From contig NC_042999.1 of NCBI RefSeq assembly GCF_006345805.1, positions 143,716,001 through 143,780,000 of the forward strand: a DNA stretch of 64,000 bases, written 5' to 3'. Every line of letters begins with the position of its first letter. Position 1 is the first letter of the stretch. The position numbers and the translations under genes were made by a program. The notes below the pieces were generated by a model. That model saw only the letters and a program-made list of their open reading frames with translations, did no database searches and had not been told where the DNA came from. Positions 1 to 9,862 of the stretch are shown here, in pieces. This DNA is from Octopus sinensis (taxonomy: Eukaryota).

Positions 1-36
1 TCACCTTGTCCATCAATATGATATCATTCTTTCTCC

Positions 37-93
37 ATACATACATACATGCATACATACATACATACATACATACATACATACATACATACA

Positions 94-129
<36 letters not shown>

Positions 130-131
130 TA

Positions 132-222
<91 letters not shown>

Positions 223-230
223 GTATATGA
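37..230. repeat. (TACA)n followed by (TA)n microsatellite
   Basis: Direct reading. The ORFs 6..230, 13..270 and 49..396 are translations of this repeat. Confidence 0.95.
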
Positions 231-262
231 AAGACGGAAGATGAAAGATGTAAGAATTTTTA

Positions 263-374
263 TTAATCATGACAATTGTTTCAACACATCTAACATCGAT
301 CCCTCACGGGTCGGATACTTAACAACTGGTTCAGGGGCATCCGACGGTGCAGATGTGTCTCTTCGGGTGATAAA
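263..374 (-). ncRNA. Type I hammerhead ribozyme fold with long stem II (U4C variant core)
   Basis: Minus strand: stem I TTTATCAC/ATGATTAA (2 mismatches), core CCGAAGA, stem II GACACATCT/AGATGTGTT with inner hairpin GTCGGATGC/GTATCCGAC, GAAA, palindromic stem III ACAATTGT, cleavage triplet GUC. Confidence 0.75.
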
Positions 375-787
375 TAGCTATAACTCGTTAAAATAGCACT
401 TCCCCAATGTATCTTCTCATTTCGCGTAAAGCAAAGCAGGAAATTAAAGGATATAACTTCATTTATATAGAAGATCAATAACAGAATAACAAATGCAAAA
501 AAGAAACGAACACGCAATACAGCGAGAAAAGTGTTTAATATAACCGTTAACAGATATGGATATATAAACGTTCTCGCGTAAGTTGTATGGTGCATATACG
601 CTCTCTCATACAGGCATCCACGAAGATGTAATCACGCGCACACGTGTGGTTCGGTGCATATACGTCCACATACAGAGTTAAATAGCTACTTGGTATTTAT
701 AAGAATGGAGAGGTTAAAGCTAAACTTAATTCATTCATACTTTAAAGTAAAGTATGTGGACAGTTACTCAAATTCATTCTCACTGCA

Positions 788-1482
788 TTATGCAAAAGTA
801 CACTTGTATGCATGTAGGCATCTTGAGAGTCTTTCAGAAATTCTATTAATGATATTTTCGTTGGTCCACAGAATATACAGGGATTCCTCGGAGCAAAGTC
901 GGCATCTGCTGGAAATGATATTATATGGTTTTGCGTTCCTTACTATGGACCAAGTTATGTTATACTTTATTTTATCTTCCTTCAGTCATCATACAAATAC
1001 ATCGAAAAATGTTGAATGTCTCTTATTGATTTTCTTGAAGCTGGCGACATGGTTGCAATAACGATTCTTGAATGAATCAGCTGTTTGCCCAATATAAATA
1101 TACAGTATACTCCTTGAGTACACGGTACATTTATATAGAAGATTTGTACTCATATGGGGGTTCATGAATGGGCATTTTGATTTTTCTCTGCATGAGCATT
1201 TATTATATTTATTTCTATATACGGCAGTTCTGACTTCATTTTCCGAAGTTGTTGGTGTGTTAGCTATATCATAGTCATTTCTACTATCACAATTTGGCCG
1301 TATTTGGTGCCTTTCATTGTGGTTGACATTTCCTTCGTTGGTACTTAGATGCGTATGCTTGCTAGATCCAGTACGTGGGTTACTGAACTGTTGTTGCATT
1401 TTACTATTGTTTATGCGGTGCATTTGCTGCTCTAAATTAGTAGAGTTAGCATAGGTTACCTTTACAGTGTGCCGATTATATA
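788..1482 (-). pseudogene. GIY-YIG endonuclease domain of the PLE, broken by two adjacent TGA stops (986-991)
   Basis: ORF 989..1612 continues in frame past TGA TGA to a TAA at 788-790. The stops align with W and R (TGG CGA) of the related ORF 5831..6589. Confidence 0.8.
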
Positions 1483-1500
1483 TATATATATATATATATA

Positions 1501-1705
1501 TTCGCCATGATAGATCACTAGCCATTATACATTCTTTATTTTCTCTCTTTGTTTCTTTCTGTGTTCCTTTCTGTGGAAGAGCGTCGGCTTGAAACGTTAA
1601 AGACTTTTCCACTTCCCGAGCGTTAAACTAATACATCTGTTTGTTGTCTACACCACCTGTCTTCGTCTTTTGTTTTTTGTTTGTGAATTCTCCCTCCTCC
1701 CCTAT
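1501..1705 (+). mobile_element. Short PLE-type 3' tail with minimal hammerhead, flanked by (TA)n on both sides
   Basis: About 200 bp of non-coding sequence between TA tracts, containing the fold at 1567-1602. Confidence 0.55.
1567..1602 (+). ncRNA. Minimal type I hammerhead-like fold, non-canonical 8-nt core (A6U)
   Basis: CTTT | CTGTGGAA | GAGC gtcg GCTT | GAAA | stem III ACGT, triplet GUU | AAAG pairing with CTTT. Confidence 0.55.
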
Positions 1706-1744
1706 ATATATATATATATATGCATGCACACATACACACACATC

Positions 1745-2680
1745 CTTAGTTTGTTACATGAATTAGTCGCGTAGACCTTTCTCTTTCCAGTTACTTGTTT
1801 TGTTTTTTCCTCTGTTCTTGTAAAATCCTACTGTTTTAGTAATTTTGAGGGACATTTCTAAACTTCGATAATTTTTCTTCACTGCATACATCATTGCTTT
1901 TCAAACACTATATCGCAGTACTAAAGGTGTCTTCTGCGTTTAGCAATCGTCTGCCTCCTCCCTTCCGTGATAGGTAGTTCCTGTCAATATTACTACTCTT
2001 AGAGTGATGTACATCATGTCTCGTGAGCAGTTTTCTTGTTCTTCTATCTAAGTGCTGTAGTTCTATATTTGTCCGTTTTAGAAAATGAGTAGAGTATATT
2101 AATGCTGGCATGGCCCATGTATTCATTGTTTTGTTAAAATTCCCTATTTAATTTTGTTTTGAAAATCTTCCTAATTCTTGTCCTCTTTGGAGAATTTCTC
2201 TCTAGTTTCTCTTTCTATTATCATATCTTCGCCTGGTAGAATCCCTAATTACTTGGATCTCTCATTTTTTCTCGGCGATCTAATGGTATAATCTTGTAAT
2301 TTTATACCATTCTCTCTCCATACTTAACATTACACACATATTTATTGCATTCTGATTTCCTGGCTAAACATTCTTACTGTTTGGATTAGAGAATTCAAAT
2401 CCTTTTTAATTTTTGTATACAGTTTGAGGTCATCCATATAAAACGGGATTATTTTCACCTTGATTTTGGTAAACACGTAGGCAGGCCTGTATTTTCTGGA
2501 TTGTTGTTATTATTACTTGATAGAACATCAAGCAAAATGTTTTGCAGTTTCCTGCTAATATCCTTTTCCTTCTTCCTTCAGGCGTTGATAAAATACCACT
2601 GAGTATTAGGATGGAATTAGTTGTCTAACTCCACTCCTGAAAACTTCAGCTTTTACGTTTATATTTGAAATGATTATAAT
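1745..2680 (-). mobile_element. Decayed R4/Dong-type (RLE clade) LINE fragment, RT C-terminal part and thumb
   Basis: FYMDDLKLY; NTWAMPALIYS..LDRRTRKLLTRHDVHHSKSSNIDRNYLSRKGGGRRLL; many stops and frameshifts. Confidence 0.85.
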
Positions 2681-3429
2681 TATTATTGGATGAAAGAACT
2701 GGTACATCGATGGACAAAATACCTTGCGATTTTCGTTATCTTCCTTTATGCTTTGAGTTTAAATCATGCCACGGTAAATTTAGCTTTCATTCTTCAGGGT
2801 GACCTGAAAATAAGCACCAGTTGAGAGTAATAAATTGATATAGATTGAACTGAGTGTAAATCTTCCTAAAATTAATGATTTTGTGTTTTAGCTTTAGATT
2901 ATTATTACCATTATGAAAATCATTTTCCAACTGAAGACACCTGTTAAATACGTAGGTTGATTGAAATGGCTGTACCTCTCCCCCCCTCAATTTACGATAT
3001 CGAACTAATGTTAATGATCAATAATATTATCCAACTCATGGCGTACATGCATGTGTCAATTTCTTAGTATGATAAGTTGATTTTATAGATAAAAATCGAA
3101 CAAACATGATGTATTAATCTAATTTCAATAGAACGCTTGCTACATTTTGCAATAAAACAGAAGAAATAAAAATAAAAATAACAATTCTTGATTGTTGAAG
3201 CAGTAGCAAGAAACTGTCTGAATATGTGTATCAAGCTGTGAGTCCAGGAATCGAGTGTCAGAAAATGGCACTTTTCTTTAAAGAGTAGTAAGTAAAATAA
3301 TTGAAATTGTGCTCAGTCGGAAGTTGGACGAGGAACATGTCGTTATTACTCGGAAATGCATTTTACTGACTACTCTTATGTTAATATTCTCTGTCAGTAG
3401 ATACTTAACACTATTTTCTTTGGACTTCA

Positions 3430-4700
3430 CGCTTATAGTAACAATCAATAATTTCTATATAAATAGTTTATTCATATGCATTCCAACATAAATACGGCCT
3501 TTTCGTATCTTTAGAGCGCCTCGTTACAGAAACTGCTTTGCGTACATAGCTTACACATTTAACTCTTTAGACCCACTAGCTTCAAAGAAATATTCTAGTT
3601 AGTCACAACTCTTGGGGGTGTTAGCTTGCTTACGATCGTGATCTCAAAAACCTTTCACGAAAATAAAGGGAGCTTATTATCACTAAGGCAGAGAATTAGT
3701 AGAAGTAGTATAGCGCTGGACAAAATACCTTCTGTTATCTTGTTACATCCATTCCAATCTAATTCAATTTCCACCAAAATCACTGTTGATTTTTTTTTGT
3801 TTTTGTTTTTTGAAGTTGATAGAATAAATTCCAGTTGATCTAATCAATAGCACTCATACAGAAAATATGCGAAGAGTGGATGGTACCTCTCTAAGTGTAG
3901 ACCCGTGAGTCGAAGAGAAGGAATTGGAGCGGACACTTGCTCTAGGGATTTCAGGGAAATCTCGGACAGTGGGGATCCTTGATTATCCCTAGAGTCCTTT
4001 CTGTATCAGGAGGGCCACATCTCTATCTCCCCCCCCACCGCCGACACTCTTTTAACAGTGAATTGGCTGGAAATCATTACCATAATTATATTATTACTAT
4101 AAGGCTGAGGGGTCCTAATATTGTCTCCTCTGATTTCTTTAGACAACAAATGATGGCACATTTACGACTGTGGGTTTAACTGCTGCTGATGTTGCGGCGC
4201 TAAATAGAGGAGCGGGCTTGTATCTACTAAAACAGACTGTTTGATTGGGCTGCTACTTGATATGGCTAGCAGTCGATTAAGTTTGGGTGCGAGGGGATTT
4301 TTGAGAGTAGCGTCGGCAAGTTGTGACTACCATAGCTAAGATATCGAAGTTTATAAACAAGACTAGATTAAAGTGACCCGCTCTACGCGCGGGTGAGGGT
4401 GTGGTTGTTACTTTCTGTTGCTTCCTTCCTGTTTCTTAAATCTTGCCTTAATTTTCAAAAATTCGAACCCATTTTCCGCGCTTAAATTACAAATCTGCTT
4501 CCACTTTACCATGTTGAAAATTTGATTGAAATCGGGCAAAAGGTGTCCGATCCAGACCCCCAAGTGTCCCCAAAAATCAATAAAATCCCCGTTTTCACAG
4601 CAAAGCAACTACTGTAGCGCTCCAAAACGTCTCCCAATCAATTTCTCATTTCAGGTTACCCCCTCCTGTAAATTTTAATCCCCTTCCAGCCCCATTTAGA
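3430..4700 (-). mobile_element. Third, heavily decayed GIY-YIG Penelope-like relic (tentative)
   Basis: Collinear fragments in shifting frames: ENGFEFLKI (thumb-like), YKLRYLSYGSHNL (4332-4355, like HKVRIAFSNTKNL), SKCPL (3927-3941), LYECY, S*KVF, MCKLC (3544-3558, like CNLC/CRLC). Each match is short; the order is the main evidence. Confidence 0.4.
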
Positions 4701-5360
4701 CCCCTTTTTACATAAAGATCCAATTTGTATCAACGTTCGCTTTCTTCATTTTATAGATTAGATTAAAGATAACCGCCTCTAGCCCCTGCAGCAACACGAA
4801 AAGCCAACATTATCCAAACAGCGCAACCTGTCTATCCCATAAAACTCAGTTTTTCCCATATTCCTCACCATGGCAACCAAACGGCAACCCCTAGCGACTT
4901 GCAACCCTCCTCACACCATTGCCCATCCCTTTTACCCCCAGTGCAAATTTTGGCGCCAATCCGACTCCATCTACCGTTCCCATCCCAAAATGAGACAAAC
5001 AACCAAGAAATCAAACAACTTTTTCGCATTTCAACTTTATAGATATTGATTATATATATAATCAAATATATATGTATACACATTATATATGTATTTATAT
5101 ACACACATATATATAAAAATTAACACAATATATCTGATTAAGGATATCTGTTATGTTTGTGCGGTAGTGGTGGGCGATAATTAACAACCATGTATCCATT
5201 ACATGGAGACTTCCATCCTAAGGGTGACACTGATAGGCTGTACTTATCCAGAAGAAAGGGAGGAAGAGATTCGATCAGTTGCCAGGAGTGTATCAAAGCA
5301 GATGAAAACAGCTTAGGGTGGTGTATAAAAAATGCTGTGGAGCCATTTCTCTTTCTCTTT

Positions 5361-5567
5361 TCTCTTTTACTTGTTTCAGTCATTTGACTGCGGCCATGCT
5401 GGAGCACCGCCTTTAGTAGAGCAACTCGACCCCGGGACTTATTCTTTGTAAGCCTAGTACTTATTCTATCGGTCTCTTTTGACGAACCGCTAGGTGACGG
5501 GGACATAAACACACCAGCATTGGTTGTCAAGCGATGTTAGATGGGACAAACACAGACACACAAACAT

Positions 5568-5576
<9 letters not shown>
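5361..5576 (-). mobile_element. tRNA-derived SINE family A, 3' half
   Basis: Matches, in reverse, the 3' half of the plus-strand copy at 52425-52712 and matches 58060-58290. Confidence 0.85.
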
Positions 5577-5608
<32 letters not shown>

Positions 5609-5635
5609 ACACACACACCACACACACACATATAT

Positions 5636-5701
<66 letters not shown>
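5577..5701. repeat. (CA)n + (TA)n microsatellite (internal tract of SINE A)
   Basis: Direct reading. Confidence 0.95.
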
Positions 5702-5702
<1 letters not shown>

Positions 5703-5830
5703 CATAAAGTTAGGATAGCTTTCTCCAACACTAAAAACCTCGCCCAGATAATCGCCTCCCATAATAATAGGCTACTTACTAAGACCCTATCACCTTTTTC
5801 CGGAGGCACAGCCTCTTCCGCTCCCGGTTA

Positions 5831-6589
5831 ATGCTCAGTAGGAATAATTATAGTAGTAATAATGATATGAGAGCCAGTACAGTGACACATAATCTCAGCT
5901 CCAGCCAGGGAGTACCCACTAGGGGTATAGTTATAAATAGGGGTGTTGTGGTTGACGGTAACAATGGGAGTAGGGTAGAGAGCCCCATTAGCATCCCCAG
6001 CATCATTTCCCGCAATAGCAGTACCACGGGCAGTAGCAATGACAGCACTCTGATAGATAGTGGAGAATCAGGGGTTATTCCTATAGTTAATAGTGACGTA
6101 GTGGAAAATAGAGTAGTAAGCGGCTGCAGGTCTCGGAACGAATATAGTGACAGGAACGCAGTTCTAATTTCAGAAACCAATCCTAGCAGATTAAGATTCA
6201 CGTCGGCGAACTCCAAGATCAAAAACGCCGTCTACCAATGCAAGGTTTACACGGACTCAGATGCCTTCACTTATGTAGGGGCATCATCCTCAAGATTGTC
6301 TTTGCGTGTCTCCAACCATTACGCAACTTTTCGGGACGTGAACAAGCGCCAGACCACGGGACTCAGTAAGCTAATATGGCGACTGAAGGATGCGAACTTA
6401 AGCTATAGGCTGGAATGGTCAATTTTGTCGGTGGCCCTCCCATTTGATAGGGGCAGAAGACAGTGCAACCTTTGTGTCTCCGAACTCTTCCATATTTTGT
6501 TTGCCAGAGGCCGGATGGTAAACGGGCTCTTACAGTCGGCTTTTCGATGCCCCCATTGGCGGCGTTACACTTATCTGGCCTTTAAATAG
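5831..6589 (+). CDS. 252-aa ORF: Ser/Asn/Gly-rich linker + GIY-YIG endonuclease of PLE type
   Basis: NAVYQCKVY..TYVGASSSRLSLRVSNH..KRQTTGLSKLIWRLKD..LEWSIL..CNLCVSELFHIL..MVNG..CPH. The Y/Y/G, R, E and N positions are present. Expression is not demonstrated. Confidence 0.65.
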   Translation: MLSRNNYSSNNDMRASTVTHNLSSSQGVPTRGIVINRGVVVDGNNGSRVESPISIPSIISRNSSTTGSSNDSTLIDSGESGVIPIVNSDVVENRVVSGCRSRNEYSDRNAVLISETNPSRLRFTSANSKIKNAVYQCKVYTDSDAFTYVGASSSRLSLRVSNHYATFRDVNKRQTTGLSKLIWRLKDANLSYRLEWSILSVALPFDRGRRQCNLCVSELFHILFARGRMVNGLLQSAFRCPHWRRYTYLAFK

Positions 6590-7190
6590 CGTTTATAAAT
6601 AATACCGGCACCCATAGCCCTTGGTAACAAATTCTGAAATAGCCTTTAAGATATCTACGATTGACCACTGCAAGGGGAATTACTCATGTAAGACAAACGG
6701 GGCTTGGTTTTTTCACAGCGGGGGTTTTCCTTGACAAGGTAGGCTTAGATGAACACACACACACATAAAACATAATATATATATATATTTTTTATTTTTT
6801 TCTTTCTGCCACCCAACGGTTATCACGGCAGTAGCCACTGACAGCCGAACGATCAAACGCACACACGTACACAAAAAATGTTTTCTACCCCTACGCCAAC
6901 ACACACATATATAGAACAGGATACACACACACACGTCTCTAAGTAGATTTTTTCTCGCCACTTATAAAACATCCAATATTCTTTAAATAGTCAGATCTTT
7001 ATTCTCGGTCACAAAGAACATCTATACACCCTCACCCACATGATTGACCGATGACTGACCCGTTGAATTCTTCAGCCACCGGTTCTCAACATACACTGAT
7101 AAACAGTTTCGCCATGGGCTCTTAGGAGCACAGTTCGATTTGTTTTTTGCTCCGCCTCTGTTCTGTTTTTGTTTTCCAACGGATTTCCTT

Positions 7191-7280
7191 TTTTCTTCCT
7201 GAAGAGAAAGACACAATATGGTCCCATTATTCAATCGGATTTTGGTAATTTGTGCCTTTCGAAACACGTGTAGAATGAAA
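7191..7280 (+). ncRNA. Type I hammerhead ribozyme, canonical core, long stem II
   Basis: TTTCTTC | CTGAAGA (7199-7205) | GAAAGACACAA..TTGTGCCTTTC | GAAA | palindromic stem III ACACGTGT, triplet GUA (cleavage after 7272) | GAATGAAA. Confidence 0.8.
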
Positions 7281-7485
7281 TAAAACGATTCCTGTTCAAT
7301 CTGCGTTCAGCTCCATTTCTTCAATTCACCAATAATGTTTTAATTTCAATTATCCGCACCAACGCACGGTTGCAACGCCAGATGGTTGTACCTCCAACCG
7401 TGCTGTTTACTGCTGTGATTTTTGCTACTAAGGTATCGGTTAAACTGTTGATTAATCTACTACAAGATTATTCATCTTTCTATTT

Positions 7486-7538
7486 CACATAATTATATAT
7501 ATATATATATATATATAATCGATATATATATATCGATC

Positions 7539-7585
<47 letters not shown>

Positions 7586-7590
7586 ATATA
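7486..7590. repeat. (TA)n microsatellite
   Basis: Direct reading. Confidence 0.95.
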
Positions 7591-7712
7591 CGACGGGGTT
7601 CTTTCAGTTTCCGTCTACCAAATCCACTCACAAGGCTTTGGTCGGCCCGAGGCTATAGTAGAAGACACTTGCCCAAGGTGCCACGCAGTGGGACTGAACC
7701 CGGAACCATGTG
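7591..7712 (-). mobile_element. tRNA-derived SINE family A, 5' half
   Basis: Minus strand has B-box-like GGTTCAGTCCC and CORE-like ACCTTGGGCAAGTGTCTT; matches 52425-52545. Confidence 0.85.
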
Positions 7713-8205
7713 ACGAAGAAGATTGGCGTTATCAAAACTGAGAATTGTGTAATGAAAGAAAAATTTAAAGAAGAAATGAATACAAAAAAAAAAAAAAGAA
7801 ATGGTATAGAAGGAGAGAAAACTGTACGGTCAGTTTGCAAGAGATGCGAACGCTTAGACAGATACTGAAGACCGGAGGCTATGGATGAGGTGGAGTGACC
7901 TGAAGACAGAGACAGAAGCACTCATATGCACAGCTCAGCAACAAGCACTAAGGACCAACAATGTGAAGGGCAGAATAGACAATGCTACTGATAGCGACAA
8001 ATGCAGAATGTGTGGTGAGAGGAGTGAAACGGTATGGCACATCTTTAGCGAATGCCCGAAATTGGCACAACGCGAATATAAAAGATAGCATGACAATGTG
8101 GCAAGAATGATCCATTGGGAACTTTGTGAACATTATAACCAACAAAGAGGAAAGACAAGGTATGAGCAAACCCCAGAAGGAGTCACCGAGAATGATAATT
8201 GTAAA

Positions 8206-9250
8206 AAAGAAATGGAAAGAAAAATCACTCCATGGCCAATACCTGCAAGGGTTGACAGAGGAGAAGTAAGCCTAAGTAAAAGCCAACAACTGCTCAAAAG
8301 TTCTGGACTAAAATCAGAAACGGAATGACTGATTCTTGTTGCACAAGACAAATGCCTAACCACAAACAACTATAAAAGCAAAATAATGAAAACAGGCTCT
8401 AACACCAAACGCAGCCAGCACGATGAGACAGTCGACCACATCTTCTCTGGCTGTCCAGTTCTTGCCAAATCTGAATATATATACAGACGTGACCGAGTAA
8501 ATAGTTATATCTACTGGACAATATGCCAACTCTACAACATAAAAACTAACAAGAAATGGTATAAACATGTACCAAACAAGGTACACGGCAACGATCAGGC
8601 TACAATCATTTGAGGTATGCCAGCCTATTCAAATTGACAAAGAAACAAAAGCTAATATCTGAGATATAATAATCAAAGTTTGCAGAAGTGGAGAAGTTGT
8701 CAAAGTACAAAGTACATGAAATTGAAATATTCAAGATGTGGGGGTATGAAGGTGAAAACAATACCAGTAATAATTGGAGCATTGGGTACGATAAAAAAGC
8801 ATATGAACAAAAACGTAGAAAATATACCTGGCCCATCAACTCTGCACACTACCGAAAAAAGTAGTCCACATCCTATGCAAGATACTATCAATTCAACAAT
8901 ACAATCCAAACAAAACAATCCACAAACACAAAACACACTATACAGTAAATATCCAATAAAATAAGCAAAAACCACAACAGGTACTCTACAGGCCGAATAC
9001 CCGTCAGAAGAACACAACTAGCATTACACACACAATTCACAAAGCACACAATACAAACACAAATACGACAAAAGACTGCAACCAGACCCATGAAAGACAA
9101 AATGATGCAATACAATACCGGGAAGAGTTTGCGCTCCCCCAACAATAAAGATAGAATAAACAATGCTGCCCACATCACAGCAACAAGGAGGTGTAGTAGG
9201 TAATGCAGTGGAAATCTGCCTGAAACTATCAAATGCTGAATAATAATTAA
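8206..9250 (+). mobile_element. Second R4/Dong 3' fragment with A/C-rich 3' UTR and AAT tail
   Basis: WKEKSLHGQY.., LKSSGLKSETE, ETVDHIFSGCPVLAKSEYIYRRDRV, KTIPVIIGALGTIKK; ends ..GCTGAATAATAAT. Confidence 0.8.
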
Positions 9251-9274
9251 AATAAAATAAAATAAGAAAAAAAA

Positions 9275-9775
9275 GTGCCCTGATGCAGTACCAGACACAG
9301 GCCCTCATAGTTTTTCATCTTAACTGATTGGAAGTGCTATCATGTACATGTTTTGTCTGGTATAAAAAAGATGGGCCACAGCAAATATTCTGCTCAATAC
9401 CACAGATTTGCTTGTCAATTGCTTGACCTTAAGTAGTTGAGCATGTTCCTTCGTGACTGACGATATGTGCATTTCTGATCACGAGCAGAAGTAGTGGAGG
9501 AACATCAAAGCCATGTATTGAGAGGAATTCTTTAAGTTTGAATAATTCCCCTATGGAAAGGGACCTTTTGAGTTGGATGGGCAACTCGATCTGAAAAAAA
9601 TTCTAACTGGGCCCCACCTGGAAGGTCATGCGCTGTTTATCATGATATGAGATCATCATGTCGCGCACATATGGTTGTGATGCATGTGCCTGGTGTACCC
9701 TTATCAGACGGGTAGTCATGATGAGTATATTTGTATACCGGTGTCACTTTGATAGCATGTGCTGCTCTCTTACTC

Positions 9776-9776
<1 letters not shown>
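9275..9776 (+). mobile_element. Non-coding ~570-bp interspersed element (here called S4) with (AAT)n tail; internally deleted copy
   Basis: Homologous to three inverted copies at 36205-37807; no ORF, no recognisable A/B box. Confidence 0.8.

Positions 9777-9860
<84 letters not shown>
9776..9860. repeat. (AAT)n microsatellite
   Basis: Direct reading. Confidence 0.97.

Positions 9861-9862
<2 letters not shown>

Larger units (their letters stand above)
231..1482 (-). mobile_element. Penelope-like element (PLE) 3' unit: post-RT motif, linker, GIY-YIG endonuclease, 3' UTR with hammerhead; no RT
   Basis: Minus-strand NRHTVKVTYANSTNL (post-thumb motif of C-terminal-EN PLEs), CSCREKSKCP, LLYKC..YIGQTADSFKNRYCNH, then WSIVRNAKPY..CRLCSEESLYIL..IINRIS..CLH. 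Both ends abut (TA)n. Confidence 0.8.
5702..7485 (+). mobile_element. Penelope-like GIY-YIG unit with 3' hammerhead, inserted in (TA)n; no RT
   Basis: Starts HKVRIAFSNTKNLAQIIASHNNRLL, then the GIY-YIG ORF, a long 3' region, a hammerhead at 7191-7280 and (TA)n. A short TA run near 6775-6790 means 6790-7485 could be a second insertion. Confidence 0.75.
5140..8205 (+). mobile_element. R4/Dong LINE fragment split by a nested SINE and PLE (pieces 5140-5360 and 7713-8205)
   Basis: Left piece HGDFHPKGDTDRLYLSRRKGGRD..GWCIKNAVEP. Right piece resumes ..KKIGVIKTENCV..LYGQF..DLKTETEALICTAQQQALRTN..CRMCGERSETVWHIFSEC. Confidence 0.75.

Noticed and set aside
6-396. ORFs rich in YI, HT, CV, RE, II, LL or NN runs here and across the window
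   Set aside because: They are translations of microsatellites with no coding signature.
986-991. Two in-frame TGA codons as possible selenocysteines (known in Naiad PLEs)
   Set aside because: They align with Trp and Arg (TGG CGA) in the sister ORF, not Cys; ordinary G>A and CpG decay explains them.
2790-2990. CAGGGTGACC..-type Tc1/mariner-like terminus
   Set aside because: No matching second TIR or transposase was found.
3295-3345. Hammerhead-like piece ending GAACATGTC
   Set aside because: No recognisable core, and an A is missing from GAAA.
4400-5030. G-rich minus strand as an ADAR-hyperedited retrocopy
   Set aside because: The sense strand of the PLE at 5831-6200 is also G-rich. There is no reference to count A>G changes against, and noisy assembly is an alternative.
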